64,000 bases of DNA from Candidatus Binatia bacterium (GCA_963664015.2 CAXXLF010000002.1:1792001-1856000), one strand, 5' to 3'. Positions 1 through 10,296 are shown, counted from the stretch's first letter. The notes: generated by a model not told the origin, from the letters alone. A program made the numbers and translations.

Positions 1-2
1 AC

Positions 3-545
3 CGAGATATGGTTGCAGGGGCGGTAAATCGCCACGGGAGGGTCGATGTCTTATATAATGGAGCAGGTCTCGTGAGGATGGGTCCACTCCACGAAACCAG
101 TCTCGAAAACTGGCACTTTACCCTCGAACACGAACTGACCATTACCTTTCTCGGATGCAAGCACGCCGTGCTCGCCATGCTGAAGACCGGCTCCGGCAGT
201 ATCGTCAACATCTCGTCCGGTTCTGGAGGAGTCCGGGGTGTTCCCAACCACGCGTCCCACGCAGCCACCAAGGCAGGAATTGTCGGATTAACCCGTCAAA
301 TGGCCGTCCAATACGGACCCCGGGGTATTCGCTGCAACGCCATCGCACCGGGCTATCTGGTTTACGCCCCGGGGCAGCGTCGGGTGGCTTCCCAAAGCGG
401 CGAGCGCTCTCCTGAGGGAATTCCCCTTAAACGGTTCACGCGGCCGGAGGATACGGCCTACTGCGCGCTCTTCCTTGCTTCTGACGAGGCCAGCTACATT
501 ACAGGTCAGTTATTGGTCGTGGATGGCGGGAATTCGGTGCGCTGA
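3..545 (+). CDS. SDR family oxidoreductase (5' truncated by window edge)
   Basis: GRVDVLYNGAG, IVNISS, active-site HAATK (Y of YxxxK is H), IRCNAIAPG, ASYITGQLLVVDGG. Confidence 0.9.
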   Translation, partial: RDMVAGAVNRHGRVDVLYNGAGLVRMGPLHETSLENWHFTLEHELTITFLGCKHAVLAMLKTGSGSIVNISSGSGGVRGVPNHASHAATKAGIVGLTRQMAVQYGPRGIRCNAIAPGYLVYAPGQRRVASQSGERSPEGIPLKRFTRPEDTAYCALFLASDEASYITGQLLVVDGGNSVR

Positions 546-660
546 TTCTTTCGCCCGGTGTTTGGAAATTTCCCCATTTGTGGTTGTCCCATATGGGGAC
601 GGGCTAACATACCGGCGGACAGGTTCTTGGCCGCGACTTTAGGCGAGAAACGTGAACCGC

Positions 661-1668
661 CTAGTGACCACACTTGGCGACTATTGCACTTACTCGTTGC
701 CACTGGGCTTCGAGTTCCTTGCGGGCCAGAAGGTCGTTGGAGGCCTCCTTGACGATCTCGTCTTTGAGGGTTCTCTCGACGGAGTAGTTCGAATAGATCT
801 CACCGGTCTGCTTCATCTCTTCGGCAATTTGCCTGAGTCCGTGGAGGGGAATGCGGCCGTCCACGGGAAGGGATCGACCCTCGAAGCCCGTGGGGGGGGC
901 ACTTTTCGGAGGAAGCGCTCATCTTAGCTGGGGCTTGCCGGCCTGAGCCTCTTTTCCATATCGACTAAATATTCGTAGTTGTCCGGGTTTCGCTCGAACC
1001 AGAAGGCGCGTAGGATGGCCTTCATGAACCTCTTGAGATCGTCTCTATTCTGTTCAGCGAACAGGGTCGTCGCGGCAATCACACGCTCCGGCCTACCCCG
1101 GGGAAACAGCTTCTCCGTGCTGAGGAGAAGGGTGCATCCCATTTTTTCGAGATCCGATGAAAAAGGTGGGTTAGAGGCCGTACAATCTACCTTCCCGTCA
1201 CGCATAGCCTCTACGTGAGCGGGGTTGTCGTGGTAGGCAAAGATCCGATCCAGTACCCACTCGACATCCGACTTTGGTTCGAGGCCCGCCTTGCGCAACT
1301 CCTCGCCGATGATGGCGTAACGGATGCCCTCGGTTTCCCTCAGGTCGATTTTCGTACCGCGGAGATCACCGATTATTCTTAATTCCCGGCCTTGCGTACT
1401 AATTTGCGTTGGGTGCGAAGCGCTAGCCGCCAACAATCGCCAGGTCGGCCCCCCGGCTGTTGAGATAGATTACCGAACTGGCCTTCGCCCTCAACACGAT
1501 GTAAATGCCTCTTTGCTTCATGGCGGCGAAAAGGGCCGGTTTTTCCACTTGCGGAGGAATGAGGCCTTCTTCCCTGAAGATTCCCTTTTCCAAGGCTATC
1601 GTGGCTGCGGTGCTGTGCCCCACATGGTAACTGGATGTGGCAATACGAATGAGTCCCGGAGGTGTCAT
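661..1668 (-). pseudogene. Fragmented NMT1/SsuA-like ABC substrate-binding protein
   Basis: Consecutive minus-strand pieces 1423-1668 (IALEKGIFREEGL), 924-1436 (EAMRDGKVD, LKRFMKAILRA) and 661-864; premature TAA at 924-926 plus frameshifts. Confidence 0.7.
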
Positions 1669-2102
1669 GGTTCCACACCGGTGGATGACTTGGGAGTGCC
1701 AAAGTGAAGTTCCAGATTGTTTCCTTCCGTATCGAACAGGTAGATGGTCCTGCCGCTTTTGCGGTCGACGCAGCGGTGAAATTTCCCGGATTGCTTTACG
1801 GTATTTAGGGCTTCATCGTACGCTTCCCAATTCATTTCGAAGGCCTGATGCGCAATGCCGTCTTCCGAGATGACGTCCCTATCAAGGGGTTGGGGTCGTT
1901 CGAAAAGAACCACCTCGTCGTCACCACACTTGAACCGGTCCAAGCGTGCACGCTTGCCATGGATCTCGGGGCTCTTGCGAGGCCAGTCGTCTCCTCCCAC
2001 TCGGCCGAGGTATTGTAACCACAGCACCTCGGTGTAAAAGTCCCGTGCCCGGTCGAGGTCATTAACTGGGATTCCCGTGTGATAGACTTTCTCTACTTTC
2101 AT
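1665..2102 (-). CDS. VOC/glyoxalase family protein
   Basis: HTGIPVNDLDRARDFY ... HQAF ... IYLFDTEGNNLELH metal-binding motifs. Confidence 0.9.
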   Translation of the reverse strand: MKVEKVYHTGIPVNDLDRARDFYTEVLWLQYLGRVGGDDWPRKSPEIHGKRARLDRFKCGDDEVVLFERPQPLDRDVISEDGIAHQAFEMNWEAYDEALNTVKQSGKFHRCVDRKSGRTIYLFDTEGNNLELHFGTPKSSTGVEP

Positions 2103-2249
2103 AAGGGAGCTCCTTTCCCAAAAACATCAGCGTCGTGTAAGGTTTCTTCGTGTCCGCCCACCAGAGCCGTTTCACTAACCACGCGGAAGTTATCAGCCCC
2201 TCAGGCAAGACGAGATAGGGGTCTAAATGAGAGAGGGTTCTATCTTTTT

Positions 2250-2726
2250 TTACTCTTTACTTTCTGGCCGAATACAAAGAACCGGGCAGACACACCGGCG
2301 TACAACCTGTTCGGTGACGCTGCCGATCAGTAGGTGAGGGATGCCCGTAATCCCGTGAGTGGACAAAACGATCATGTCTATCGCGTCGTCTTTGGCCTTC
2401 TCCACGATTTTGCGATAGGGGACTCCGACAACCACATCCTGTTTGATCTTGACATTGGGAGGAAGCTTGAAAAGGTTTTCCTTGATGAAATTAGCGATGT
2501 CGTTTTTCCGGTCCTCAACGAGTTCATTGATGGGACGGAACTCGAGAGGCATTGCGATCCAACCGTCCGGGCCCGGCTCGTACATGCCGGTCTCTTCATA
2601 TCGAATGACATGGTAGACGGTGACCTCAGCGTCATGGTTTTCCGCCAGGTCGACGGCGTAGCGAACACCGGCCTGGAACAGATCTGAGAAATCCGTGGGA
2701 GCGAGAATTGTTTTGATGGTCAGCAT
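2250..2726 (-). CDS. Universal stress protein
   Basis: IKTILAPTDFS, DMIVLSTHG, LIGSVTEQVVR..CPVL; AAGGAGG RBS before ATG 2726. Confidence 0.92.
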   Translation of the reverse strand: MLTIKTILAPTDFSDLFQAGVRYAVDLAENHDAEVTVYHVIRYEETGMYEPGPDGWIAMPLEFRPINELVEDRKNDIANFIKENLFKLPPNVKIKQDVVVGVPYRKIVEKAKDDAIDMIVLSTHGITGIPHLLIGSVTEQVVRRCVCPVLCIRPESKE

Positions 2727-2856
2727 GGAAGCCTCCTTATGCGAGTCGGCGAATTCTATAATCATTTTCTATAATAGATAAGGGATCTTGGGCTTCTGGT
2801 TTGCGCTGGACGCCAGCGGGCAAAACGGATAAAGAAGAAAGGGGAGTGTCGTTATT

Positions 2857-3057
2857 ATGCCTCTTGTGGTTCCGTGTCCCCAATGCAAGATAGAAGTCAC
2901 TTGGGAGGGTAACCCCCATCGACCCTTTTGTTCTGAACGATGCGGGCTCATCGACCTAGGCGCCTGGACAGAGGAGCGGTACTGTATTCCCGGCGGAAAA
3001 CTGAAGGACGAATCGGAGGGGGAGGACCAGGACCCCGGCGACGGCCTTCACAGATAG
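2857..3057 (+). CDS. yacG: DNA gyrase inhibitor YacG
   Basis: CPQC...RPFCSERC..IDLGAW..E.Y.IP signature. Confidence 0.93.
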   Translation: MPLVVPCPQCKIEVTWEGNPHRPFCSERCGLIDLGAWTEERYCIPGGKLKDESEGEDQDPGDGLHR

Positions 3058-3067
3058 CTGAAACAGC

Positions 3068-3841
3068 ATGAGTATTCACCCTACTGCCATTGTAGACCCA
3101 CGTGCGGAGATTGATCGGTCAGCGGAGATCGGACCCTACGTGGTTGTCCAGGGGTCGGTCAAGATTGGGCGTGCCACGCGGGTCATGGCGCATGCGAGCA
3201 TTATGGGTTGGACCGAGATCGGAGTGGAGAACGAGATCCATGGGGGGGCGGTGATTGGGGACGCACCACAGGATCAGGCTTACAAAGGGGAGGAGAGCTA
3301 CCTCAAGATTGGCGACCGAAATATCATTCGTGAGTTTGTTCAAATACATCTCGGGACGAAACCCGGATCGTCAACCATTATTGGTAACGACAATTTTTTT
3401 ATGACGACTTCCCACGTGGCGCACAACTGTCGGCTTGGCAACCGGATCGTCATGGTCAACGGGGCGGTGTTGGGAGGATACGTGGAGGTGGGAGACCAGG
3501 CCTTCATCTCGGCCCATTGTGTTGTGCACCAGTTTATCCGTGTGGGCGAGCTTTCCATGATGCGAGGTCTAAGTGGTACCAGTCGAGACGTTCCACCGTA
3601 CTCGATCATCGACTGGCAGCACAGGGTACGTGGCGTCAACGTAATAGGATTGAAGCGCGCCGGTTACGATGACCAGCGCATCCGTCAGATCAGGGCGGCC
3701 TACCGAATCCTTTTTCGTAAAGGGCGCAATCTCTCCCTGGCTGTTCAAGAACTCATCCAAAAGACGCAACCCTCTGGTGAAGTAGCTGCGCTCCTGGATT
3801 TTATCAAATCTTCCGAACGGGGAGTCTGTTTGGGAGGTTAA
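3068..3841 (+). CDS. lpxA: Acyl-ACP--UDP-N-acetylglucosamine O-acyltransferase
   Basis: IHPTAIVD hexapeptide repeats, PQD, SHVAH, VHQF, DVPPY, GVNVIGLKRAG. Confidence 0.9.
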   Translation: MSIHPTAIVDPRAEIDRSAEIGPYVVVQGSVKIGRATRVMAHASIMGWTEIGVENEIHGGAVIGDAPQDQAYKGEESYLKIGDRNIIREFVQIHLGTKPGSSTIIGNDNFFMTTSHVAHNCRLGNRIVMVNGAVLGGYVEVGDQAFISAHCVVHQFIRVGELSMMRGLSGTSRDVPPYSIIDWQHRVRGVNVIGLKRAGYDDQRIRQIRAAYRILFRKGRNLSLAVQELIQKTQPSGEVAALLDFIKSSERGVCLGG

Positions 3842-4287
3842 CCGGGCGTTGCTGAATCCGCTGTAGCTACGGGCTGAGGTGGACCCGTCATCGGAGGCGG
3901 CGGTCCCACGAAAATCACACGATCTTTTCCCTGAAGGTGATCGGGGGTGATCACGTAAGTTCCACCCACTGCTGGATGGATGATGCTCTTGGCAACGTCG
4001 GACCTTCCGCCGCTGACCACATAACCGAGCCCGCCGGTAACGACACCCAGCGCAGCGTAGGTTACCTTTAAAGGACTGTAGAGGATGCTGGCAAGGACCG
4101 AACTGATGCCCAAGCTCGCCTCTTTAGCCGTCTTTCGGGAGGGGTTATCGGCGTTGGTCTCTGAATCGTCAGCAGAGAGAGGGTTCTCGTCTGTAACGAC
4201 CTCTTGTGTCTCACCGATGCTGGAATGCCATAGGGAGAAGAGCAGTAATAACACCCATACCATTCCTTTTAGATAAGGCGCCCGCAT
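3838..4287 (-). CDS. Hypothetical secreted/membrane protein
   Basis: Signal-like N-terminus, hydrophobic YSPLKVTYAALG segment, Pro-rich tail. Confidence 0.65.
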   Translation of the reverse strand: MRAPYLKGMVWVLLLLFSLWHSSIGETQEVVTDENPLSADDSETNADNPSRKTAKEASLGISSVLASILYSPLKVTYAALGVVTGGLGYVVSGGRSDVAKSIIHPAVGGTYVITPDHLQGKDRVIFVGPPPPMTGPPQPVATADSATPG

Positions 4288-4345
4288 CAGGCGGGTACTA
4301 GATCAATATTCTCTTTCCCTCTCAAACCTTTTTATTTGGAAGTTT

Positions 4346-5449
4346 TCAAGATCGGGAGATGGTTGACCCAACAGCGTCGGAAACATTGGTAAAACCATCG
4401 CGGTGAATCAGTGCGAGGAGGCCCCGGTTAATGTTTTTAACGACAGTGGGGCCCTCATAGACGAAACTCGTATATATCTGAACGGCCGTTGCACCTGCGC
4501 AAATCATTTCGTAGGCATCATCGGCGTTGAAGACCCCGCCGGAACCAATGATGGGAAGCCTCCCCTCAGTGGCCTGGTAAATATGGCGGATAAAAGTCAT
4601 GGCTAGGGCTTTGAGTGGCCGGCCGCTGAGTCCACCGGGCTCATCAATGCGAGTGCGAAGGGTTTCCCTTAGGAAGGCCGTAGCGTTGGTGGCGATAATG
4701 GCTGCAACTTCGTGGGAGCGGACCACTTCGACGATCTGGTCCAAGTGGGCAAGGTCCAGGTCCGGAGCAATCTTGACCAGGATTGGTTTCGGGCTCTGGC
4801 TGGGTGCTTTTGCCAGCTCATGGTTCTTCGCCGTGATGGCCCCAAGCAGTTCTCCCAAGCGCTCTTTTTCCTGGAGCTCCCTGAGGTTGGGTGTGTTCGG
4901 CGAGCTGACATTGATGGTGAAGTAGTCACCGTAAGGAAAGAGCCTCTCGAAGGTAAAGAGATAATCCGCCACCGCGTCGCTGTTTTCCACGTGTCGGCTC
5001 CTGCCGATGTTGATACCCATAGGTACGCTCCGGTACGACTGAAGCTGCTGCCACCGCTCTAGCCTTTGCCCGATCTTCTCTGCCCCGTCATTGTTAAACC
5101 CGAGGCGATTGATCAAAGCACCGTCTTTGGGCAGGCGAAAGAGTCGCGGCTTGGGATTACCCGGCTGCCGAACCGCCGTCACGGCGCCTATCTCGTAAAA
5201 GCCAAAACCAAAGGCCGGCCATAGGGAGAGCGCTTTGCCATTTTTATCGAAGCCTGCTGACAGGCCCACAGGGTTGGCAAAGGTCAAGGGACCGAGCCGG
5301 ACCTGAAGGCGCGGATCTTGCACGCAAAGGAGTTTGGCTAGGACCCTTTCCAAAAAGTTCAGGTGGGCTAATAGGGAAAGGGTCTGCTCATGAGTCGTTT
5401 CAGGGTCTTTTAAAAAAAGAATCGGCCGAAGGAGACTTTTATAAAACAC
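4346..5449 (-). CDS. pyrD: Quinone-dependent dihydroorotate dehydrogenase (class 2)
   Basis: NPVGLSAGFDKNG, QPGNPKPRLFRL, INRLGFNN, NVSSPNTPNLR, GGLSG; start codon uncertain (ORF open to 5506). Confidence 0.95.
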   Translation of the reverse strand: MFYKSLLRPILFLKDPETTHEQTLSLLAHLNFLERVLAKLLCVQDPRLQVRLGPLTFANPVGLSAGFDKNGKALSLWPAFGFGFYEIGAVTAVRQPGNPKPRLFRLPKDGALINRLGFNNDGAEKIGQRLERWQQLQSYRSVPMGINIGRSRHVENSDAVADYLFTFERLFPYGDYFTINVSSPNTPNLRELQEKERLGELLGAITAKNHELAKAPSQSPKPILVKIAPDLDLAHLDQIVEVVRSHEVAAIIATNATAFLRETLRTRIDEPGGLSGRPLKALAMTFIRHIYQATEGRLPIIGSGGVFNADDAYEMICAGATAVQIYTSFVYEGPTVVKNINRGLLALIHRDGFTNVSDAVGSTISRS

Positions 5450-5562
5450 ATATAATCCATAGCACAGGTCCCGTGCGCCGTACCATGCGGGGTTTACCGG
5501 GTTCACTGTGACTCGTTTTTTCGTTACCGATCTTGCCTGCTCTCATAGGGCCCGGGGTGATT

Positions 5563-6357
5563 CTATTTCCAGAATCGAAAGAAGTGATGCACAGGGCTGT
5601 GGCCCGAACCTACGGAAAAGCCATTGGCGATTGCCTGGGTAATAAACCGCTTGGCTTCAGCCACAGCCCTTTCCAAGGTCTGACCCTTCGCTAGGCCTGC
5701 AACAATGGCTGCAGAGTAAGTACAGCCCGTGCCATGGGTATTGGCACTGGCTATCCTGGCAGCTCTAAACTCGCGAAATTGACGCCCGTCATAAAAGAGG
5801 TCTGTGGCAGGGCCTCGGCGATGGCCGCCTTTGATCACAACGCACCGTGCGCCCATATCGATGATCTTTTTTGCCGCATCCCGAATGGCAGATGCGCGTC
5901 TCCCCGGGATACCCGTAAGTGCTTCTGCCTCGGGCAGGTTGGGGGTCACCAGTGTGGCCAAGGGGATCAAGTGAGACCGAAGCGCGGCAATGGCGTTGCG
6001 GCGCAGCAAGGGCTCTCCTCCCTTGGCAATCATAACCGGATCCACGACCAGATTGGCAAGTCCATGTTCTCGGACCTTGTGTGCCACGACGTAAATAATG
6101 TCAATGTTTGCCAGCATACCGGTTTTGAGGGCCTGACTCCCGATGTCTTGGATCACGGAATCGATCTGGGCAGCCACCATGGACGGAGGTAAATGCAACA
6201 CCTTGGCGACACGCCTTGTATTTTGCGCAGTAATCGCGGTGATGACCGATGTGCCGTAAACGCCGAATGCGGCAAACGTCTTGAGATCCGCCTGGATTCC
6301 AGCCCCCGCTCCCGAGTCCGAGCCGGCAATGGTCAGGGCCTTGTAAACGGGATTCAT
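5563..6357 (-). CDS. thiD: Hydroxymethylpyrimidine/phosphomethylpyrimidine kinase
   Basis: TIAGSDSGAGAGIQADLKTF, TPNLPEAE, NTHGTGCTYS. Confidence 0.96.
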   Translation of the reverse strand: MNPVYKALTIAGSDSGAGAGIQADLKTFAAFGVYGTSVITAITAQNTRRVAKVLHLPPSMVAAQIDSVIQDIGSQALKTGMLANIDIIYVVAHKVREHGLANLVVDPVMIAKGGEPLLRRNAIAALRSHLIPLATLVTPNLPEAEALTGIPGRRASAIRDAAKKIIDMGARCVVIKGGHRRGPATDLFYDGRQFREFRAARIASANTHGTGCTYSAAIVAGLAKGQTLERAVAEAKRFITQAIANGFSVGSGHSPVHHFFRFWK

Positions 6358-6543
6358 TGGCCCCTATATTAACCTTCATAGCACCAAAGGTCGAGAGCGC
6401 CCTGACCATCCCGGGGGATTTTTAAGAAATGATCGATGACCACCGATGCCCCATTCCGTATTGACTTGGATTGGTCGTTTACCTTATACGTGGTTCGAAC
6501 AGCTTACCAAATTTCTATTAAAATCCATTTAGAAGGAGGTCTT

Positions 6544-6936
6544 ATGATACAAACGCTGGGGTTGGTGCATTTTACGATCCCTGTAACGGATCTGGATCGT
6601 AGTGCAAAATTTTATCAGGAGCTTCTAGGAATCCGTCTTTTGCGCAAGACACCGCGGATGGCCTTTATGAAATGCGGTAACGATTATTTAGTCCTCGGCA
6701 CGAGCAAGACGCCCATCCAACTCAACGTGGAAGGTGAAACATCCATTCACCACGCCTTCAAGGTGGCGCCGGAAGACTTCGATCGCTCCACACAATTCCT
6801 GAAAGAAAAATGGATCGAGATTCTTGACATTGAGGACCGGCAGGAAGGGACTTTCCAGGGGAGATCCGCCTACTTTCACGACCCTGACGGTAACACTTTG
6901 GAGATCCACGACGCCCGTAAGATTGGCGTAGAATAG
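6544..6936 (+). CDS. VOC/glyoxalase family protein
   Basis: HFTIPVTDLDRS, HHAFKV, YFHDPDGNTLEI; AAGGAGG RBS before ATG 6544. Confidence 0.9.
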   Translation: MIQTLGLVHFTIPVTDLDRSAKFYQELLGIRLLRKTPRMAFMKCGNDYLVLGTSKTPIQLNVEGETSIHHAFKVAPEDFDRSTQFLKEKWIEILDIEDRQEGTFQGRSAYFHDPDGNTLEIHDARKIGVE

Positions 6937-7004
6937 GGTCAGGAAAAGGGCCAGCGTTCGATTGGGATTCGACGCAGCCAGATCAAGATGTGGCATGGCC
7001 CGGG

Positions 7005-7841
7005 CTAGTTGCGGGGAGACTGGGCTGTGCGACGCCGGATAAAATTCCTTAGAACTGAAAAATAGGGCTCACCGCCGACCAGATAAGTGTCATTGTGGCT
7101 CGCGCCCTGAATCGTATAGAACTCTTTGGGCTCATGGGCGGCCTCGAAAACCTTTCTTCCTTGGGCGTAAGGGACGATGTCATCTTGGTCACCATGGATG
7201 ACCAGCACCGGTGATTTGGCTAGCGGAATGATTTTAAGTACATCGTATCGTGTCTTGAGAAAGGGGCCGAGGGGTAGGAAGGGGAAAGCCACCTTGGCCA
7301 TCTCGGCGATAGAAGCAAACGGGGTTTCTAAAATTACGGCTGCGGCGTTCTCCTGCGCGGCAAGGTGAGCGGCTACTGCGGCTCCTAAGGAGCGACCAAA
7401 AATTACCAAGTATTTTAAATCTATGTTTTTTTGCCTCTGCAAATACTGGAGGGCTGCTTGAGCATCTTGGTAGGTACCGTTCTCCGATGCCTGGCCCTCA
7501 CTTTTTCCGTAACCGCGGTAATCAACGATAAAGATATGGGTTTTTAGCTTCTCATGGACGAGTCTGAGGTTATGAAGCCGGTGGCTGATGTTTCCGGCGT
7601 TGCCGTGGAACCAGAGCAACGTAGGTCCTTCCACCGCCGAAGGGATATACCAGCCGTTTAGCCGGACTCCATCCGCCGTGGTGAAATAGATGTCCTCGTA
7701 GGTAAGATCAAACTCTTTGGGAGTCTGTACGATCTCGGCGGTAGGATGAAAAATAAAGCCCGTTTCCATTTCACAACCCCAGAGGAGGAAGAGGCCAGGG
7801 AGCAGCAATCGGCGAATACTAAGGACAAGAGGTGATGACAT
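7005..7841 (-). CDS. Alpha/beta hydrolase (ABHD13/BEM46-like), possible lipoprotein
   Basis: FHGNAGNI, DYRGYGKS, GRSLG nucleophile motif, HGDQDDIVP, ASHND; LWGC lipobox-like. Confidence 0.9.
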   Translation of the reverse strand: MSSPLVLSIRRLLLPGLFLLWGCEMETGFIFHPTAEIVQTPKEFDLTYEDIYFTTADGVRLNGWYIPSAVEGPTLLWFHGNAGNISHRLHNLRLVHEKLKTHIFIVDYRGYGKSEGQASENGTYQDAQAALQYLQRQKNIDLKYLVIFGRSLGAAVAAHLAAQENAAAVILETPFASIAEMAKVAFPFLPLGPFLKTRYDVLKIIPLAKSPVLVIHGDQDDIVPYAQGRKVFEAAHEPKEFYTIQGASHNDTYLVGGEPYFSVLRNFIRRRTAQSPRN

Positions 7842-7931
7842 TTTTCCAACGGTGAAGAGCCTCGGTTTCCGCCACCGCGCCATTTTGAATGTCCGCATAG
7901 AGAGAAGAACCGGTAGCGCGGAAACGGTTAT

Positions 7932-8447
7932 CTAGTGTTGGTGCTCCCCTCTCAGCTTCCACTCAAGGCCGTCGATAATGCACTCCACACTGGCCCTCAG
8001 AATATCCTCCGCCACTCCAACCGTGCCCCAGCTCTCCTGGCCATCGGTGAATATAGCCAGGACCCGGACCGGTGCACCGGCCATGTCTTCTTCGTCCTCA
8101 GCATCGCCATGGTGTAACAGGCGGAGATCGCACTCCAGTAAATGGACCTCCGAGAGCTGGGGGCAATGCTTTTCGAGCACCTTGCGCATGGCATGATCCA
8201 AGGCATGAACGGGGCCTCGCCCATGGCCTACCTCATGCTCCTCTGTTCCGAAGATGTCCACCAGCACCGAAGCCTCCGTCAGGCCAGTCATCGGTTCAGG
8301 GCTGCCGAAATCTACCTGGTCGTCGATTTTGCAGTGGCTCACACGGAAAGGTTTGAGATAATTCTCGGGTTTATGGATCGACATGAGTTCGAACGATGCC
8401 CAGGCTCCATCTAAGCGAAAAAACTCCTCTTTGAGATTCCTTGCCAC
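7932..8447 (-). CDS. Stand-alone LeuA/CimA allosteric (regulatory) domain protein
   Basis: TEASV, GRGPVHALDHAMRKVL, VRVL, WGTVGVAEDILRAS match the C-terminal domain of citramalate/isopropylmalate synthases; no TIM barrel; GGAGG RBS. Confidence 0.82.
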   Translation of the reverse strand: MARNLKEEFFRLDGAWASFELMSIHKPENYLKPFRVSHCKIDDQVDFGSPEPMTGLTEASVLVDIFGTEEHEVGHGRGPVHALDHAMRKVLEKHCPQLSEVHLLECDLRLLHHGDAEDEEDMAGAPVRVLAIFTDGQESWGTVGVAEDILRASVECIIDGLEWKLRGEHQH

Positions 8448-8586
8448 AGGCGCCTCCTATTCCCTATTTTGGCTCCCGATATTTTGATTATATCGACCTA
8501 TTAAGAAAAGGACCAGAGATTCCGGGTGGTTGAATTAACCATGTATTCTTTTATAGTGGGGGTAGATTTTGGTATGATTATAGATA

Positions 8587-9171
8587 ATGGAAAAGCAGAT
8601 CATCGGCGATCGGATGAATACCTTTTTCCTTAAGTTAACCCGCCAGAGCTTCTGGGAGCTAGGTATCAACGATGATTCGGTTGCAGAATACGTGGCGGAT
8701 GTCCTGACGGACTTTTCCCGTATGGACAACTTGTATGGGTTCCCCGCCCAACCGGAGAAAAAATTGGTGACCGTCGTAGAAGTGTTGACGGCAAAGGAGC
8801 CAGACCCCGCGCCGGATGCGACCACGGGTAGTCCAACCCTGTTAAAGGAGCGAGAGCTTCGCAAATATCTGGGCGATTACAACCTGTTCATGAGTGGTAT
8901 GTTACGATCCCATGTGGAACACGGAGGATCTTTGAACGCCTATCTTGAGGAAAGAAGTCGGTCCTACTGGACCGTATCCGAGCTGGATTTCTCCGTTTAT
9001 CGGACCGGATTCCTTCTCTTTCAAGAGCTGTCGAACCAATTTGAATACTATTCGGGAGCCCTCGACTATATGCGCAAGGCCTATTTTGCCCATGAACCGG
9101 GCGAAGATCCCTTCAAGGGTTTTTTGAAGCAGATCGAAGGCTGGATGAAACTGAACGTCTCCGAGAATTAG
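8587..9171 (+). CDS. Conserved hypothetical protein
   Basis: 194-aa ORF, helical; YVADVLTDF, KYLGDYNLFMSG, LFQELSNQFE motifs. Confidence 0.75.
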   Translation: MEKQIIGDRMNTFFLKLTRQSFWELGINDDSVAEYVADVLTDFSRMDNLYGFPAQPEKKLVTVVEVLTAKEPDPAPDATTGSPTLLKERELRKYLGDYNLFMSGMLRSHVEHGGSLNAYLEERSRSYWTVSELDFSVYRTGFLLFQELSNQFEYYSGALDYMRKAYFAHEPGEDPFKGFLKQIEGWMKLNVSEN

Positions 9172-9275
9172 TGTCTTCCATATCTCTACGGTTGCACCCA
9201 TCCGAAGGCCGTACTACTTTTTAGGGCGGTCCGTGGTTAGCAAGATTTAACCATTACAAGGTTCGGAACCCGGTT

Positions 9276-10280
9276 GTGAAGAAATTGGTCCTTGGGGCAT
9301 TGTTCCTCTCGTTTTCCTTGCTCTTGTTTATCGGCTTCCTGTTTGCATTTCTTTCCACCCCCTCCCGGGGTAACCCCGGTGCGGTAGAGTTCGCCGTCGA
9401 TCGGGGGGAGTCTTTCTCTTCAGTGGTCGACCGGCTCGAAAGGGTGGGCGTGATTTCCCATGAAAGGATCTTCACGCTTTGGGCCCGATTGTGGGCACTG
9501 GACAAAAAGATTCAATGGGGGCTTTACCGCTTTGTGTTGCCTTTGGCGCCCATCAAGGTCCTGGACCGAATGGTGCTGGGGAAGGGCCACTTCCGTCGCC
9601 TGACCATTGCCGAAGGATTGACGTTAGTTGAGATCGCGGCTCTTGTGGAGCGAGAAGGATTGGGCAGCAGCGAACGGTTCCTCGAGGAGGCGCGCAATCC
9701 AGAAATTCTTGCCCGGGTTGGTCTGCAGGACGTAGGAGCGGAAGGCTATCTTTTTCCGGACACCTATCATTTCTCCCTTTCGGCCAGCGAGCGGGATATC
9801 ATCAAGATGATAATGGATTACTTCGATGAGAGGTTTACGCCGGCCATGGAAGAACAAGCCAGGAGAGTCGGTCTCAACCGGCACCAAGTGGTTACCCTGG
9901 CCTCTCTCATTGAAAAGGAAAGCGGGGTCGATAACGAGCGGTCCATAGTCTCGGCGGTCTTTCACAACCGACTGAGGGACCGGATTCCGCTTCAGAGCGA
10001 CCCGACGGTCATCTATGGTTTGAAAAGCTTTAATGGGGATTTGACGCGCAAGCACTTGCGCACGCCGACTCCTTACAATACCTACGTCATTCGGGGCCTT
10101 CCGCCTGGCCCCATCAGCAACCCGGGTCTAGCCTCCCTTTGGGCCGCGCTCTATCCGGCCGACGTTTCCTACCTCTACTTCGTTTCCAAGAATGACGGGA
10201 CCCACTTCTTTTCCGAAACCATCGGCGAACATAACCAGGCAGTCAACCGTTATCAGCGTCGCCGCGTTAACGGACACTGA
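9276..10280 (+). CDS. mltG: Endolytic transglycosylase MltG
   Basis: N-terminal TM, EGYLFPDTY, LASLIEKE, LQSDPTV, YNTY...GLPPGPISNPG. Confidence 0.96.
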   Translation: MKKLVLGALFLSFSLLLFIGFLFAFLSTPSRGNPGAVEFAVDRGESFSSVVDRLERVGVISHERIFTLWARLWALDKKIQWGLYRFVLPLAPIKVLDRMVLGKGHFRRLTIAEGLTLVEIAALVEREGLGSSERFLEEARNPEILARVGLQDVGAEGYLFPDTYHFSLSASERDIIKMIMDYFDERFTPAMEEQARRVGLNRHQVVTLASLIEKESGVDNERSIVSAVFHNRLRDRIPLQSDPTVIYGLKSFNGDLTRKHLRTPTPYNTYVIRGLPPGPISNPGLASLWAALYPADVSYLYFVSKNDGTHFFSETIGEHNQAVNRYQRRRVNGH

Positions 10281-10296
10281 TTGGTGAGATGATAGG

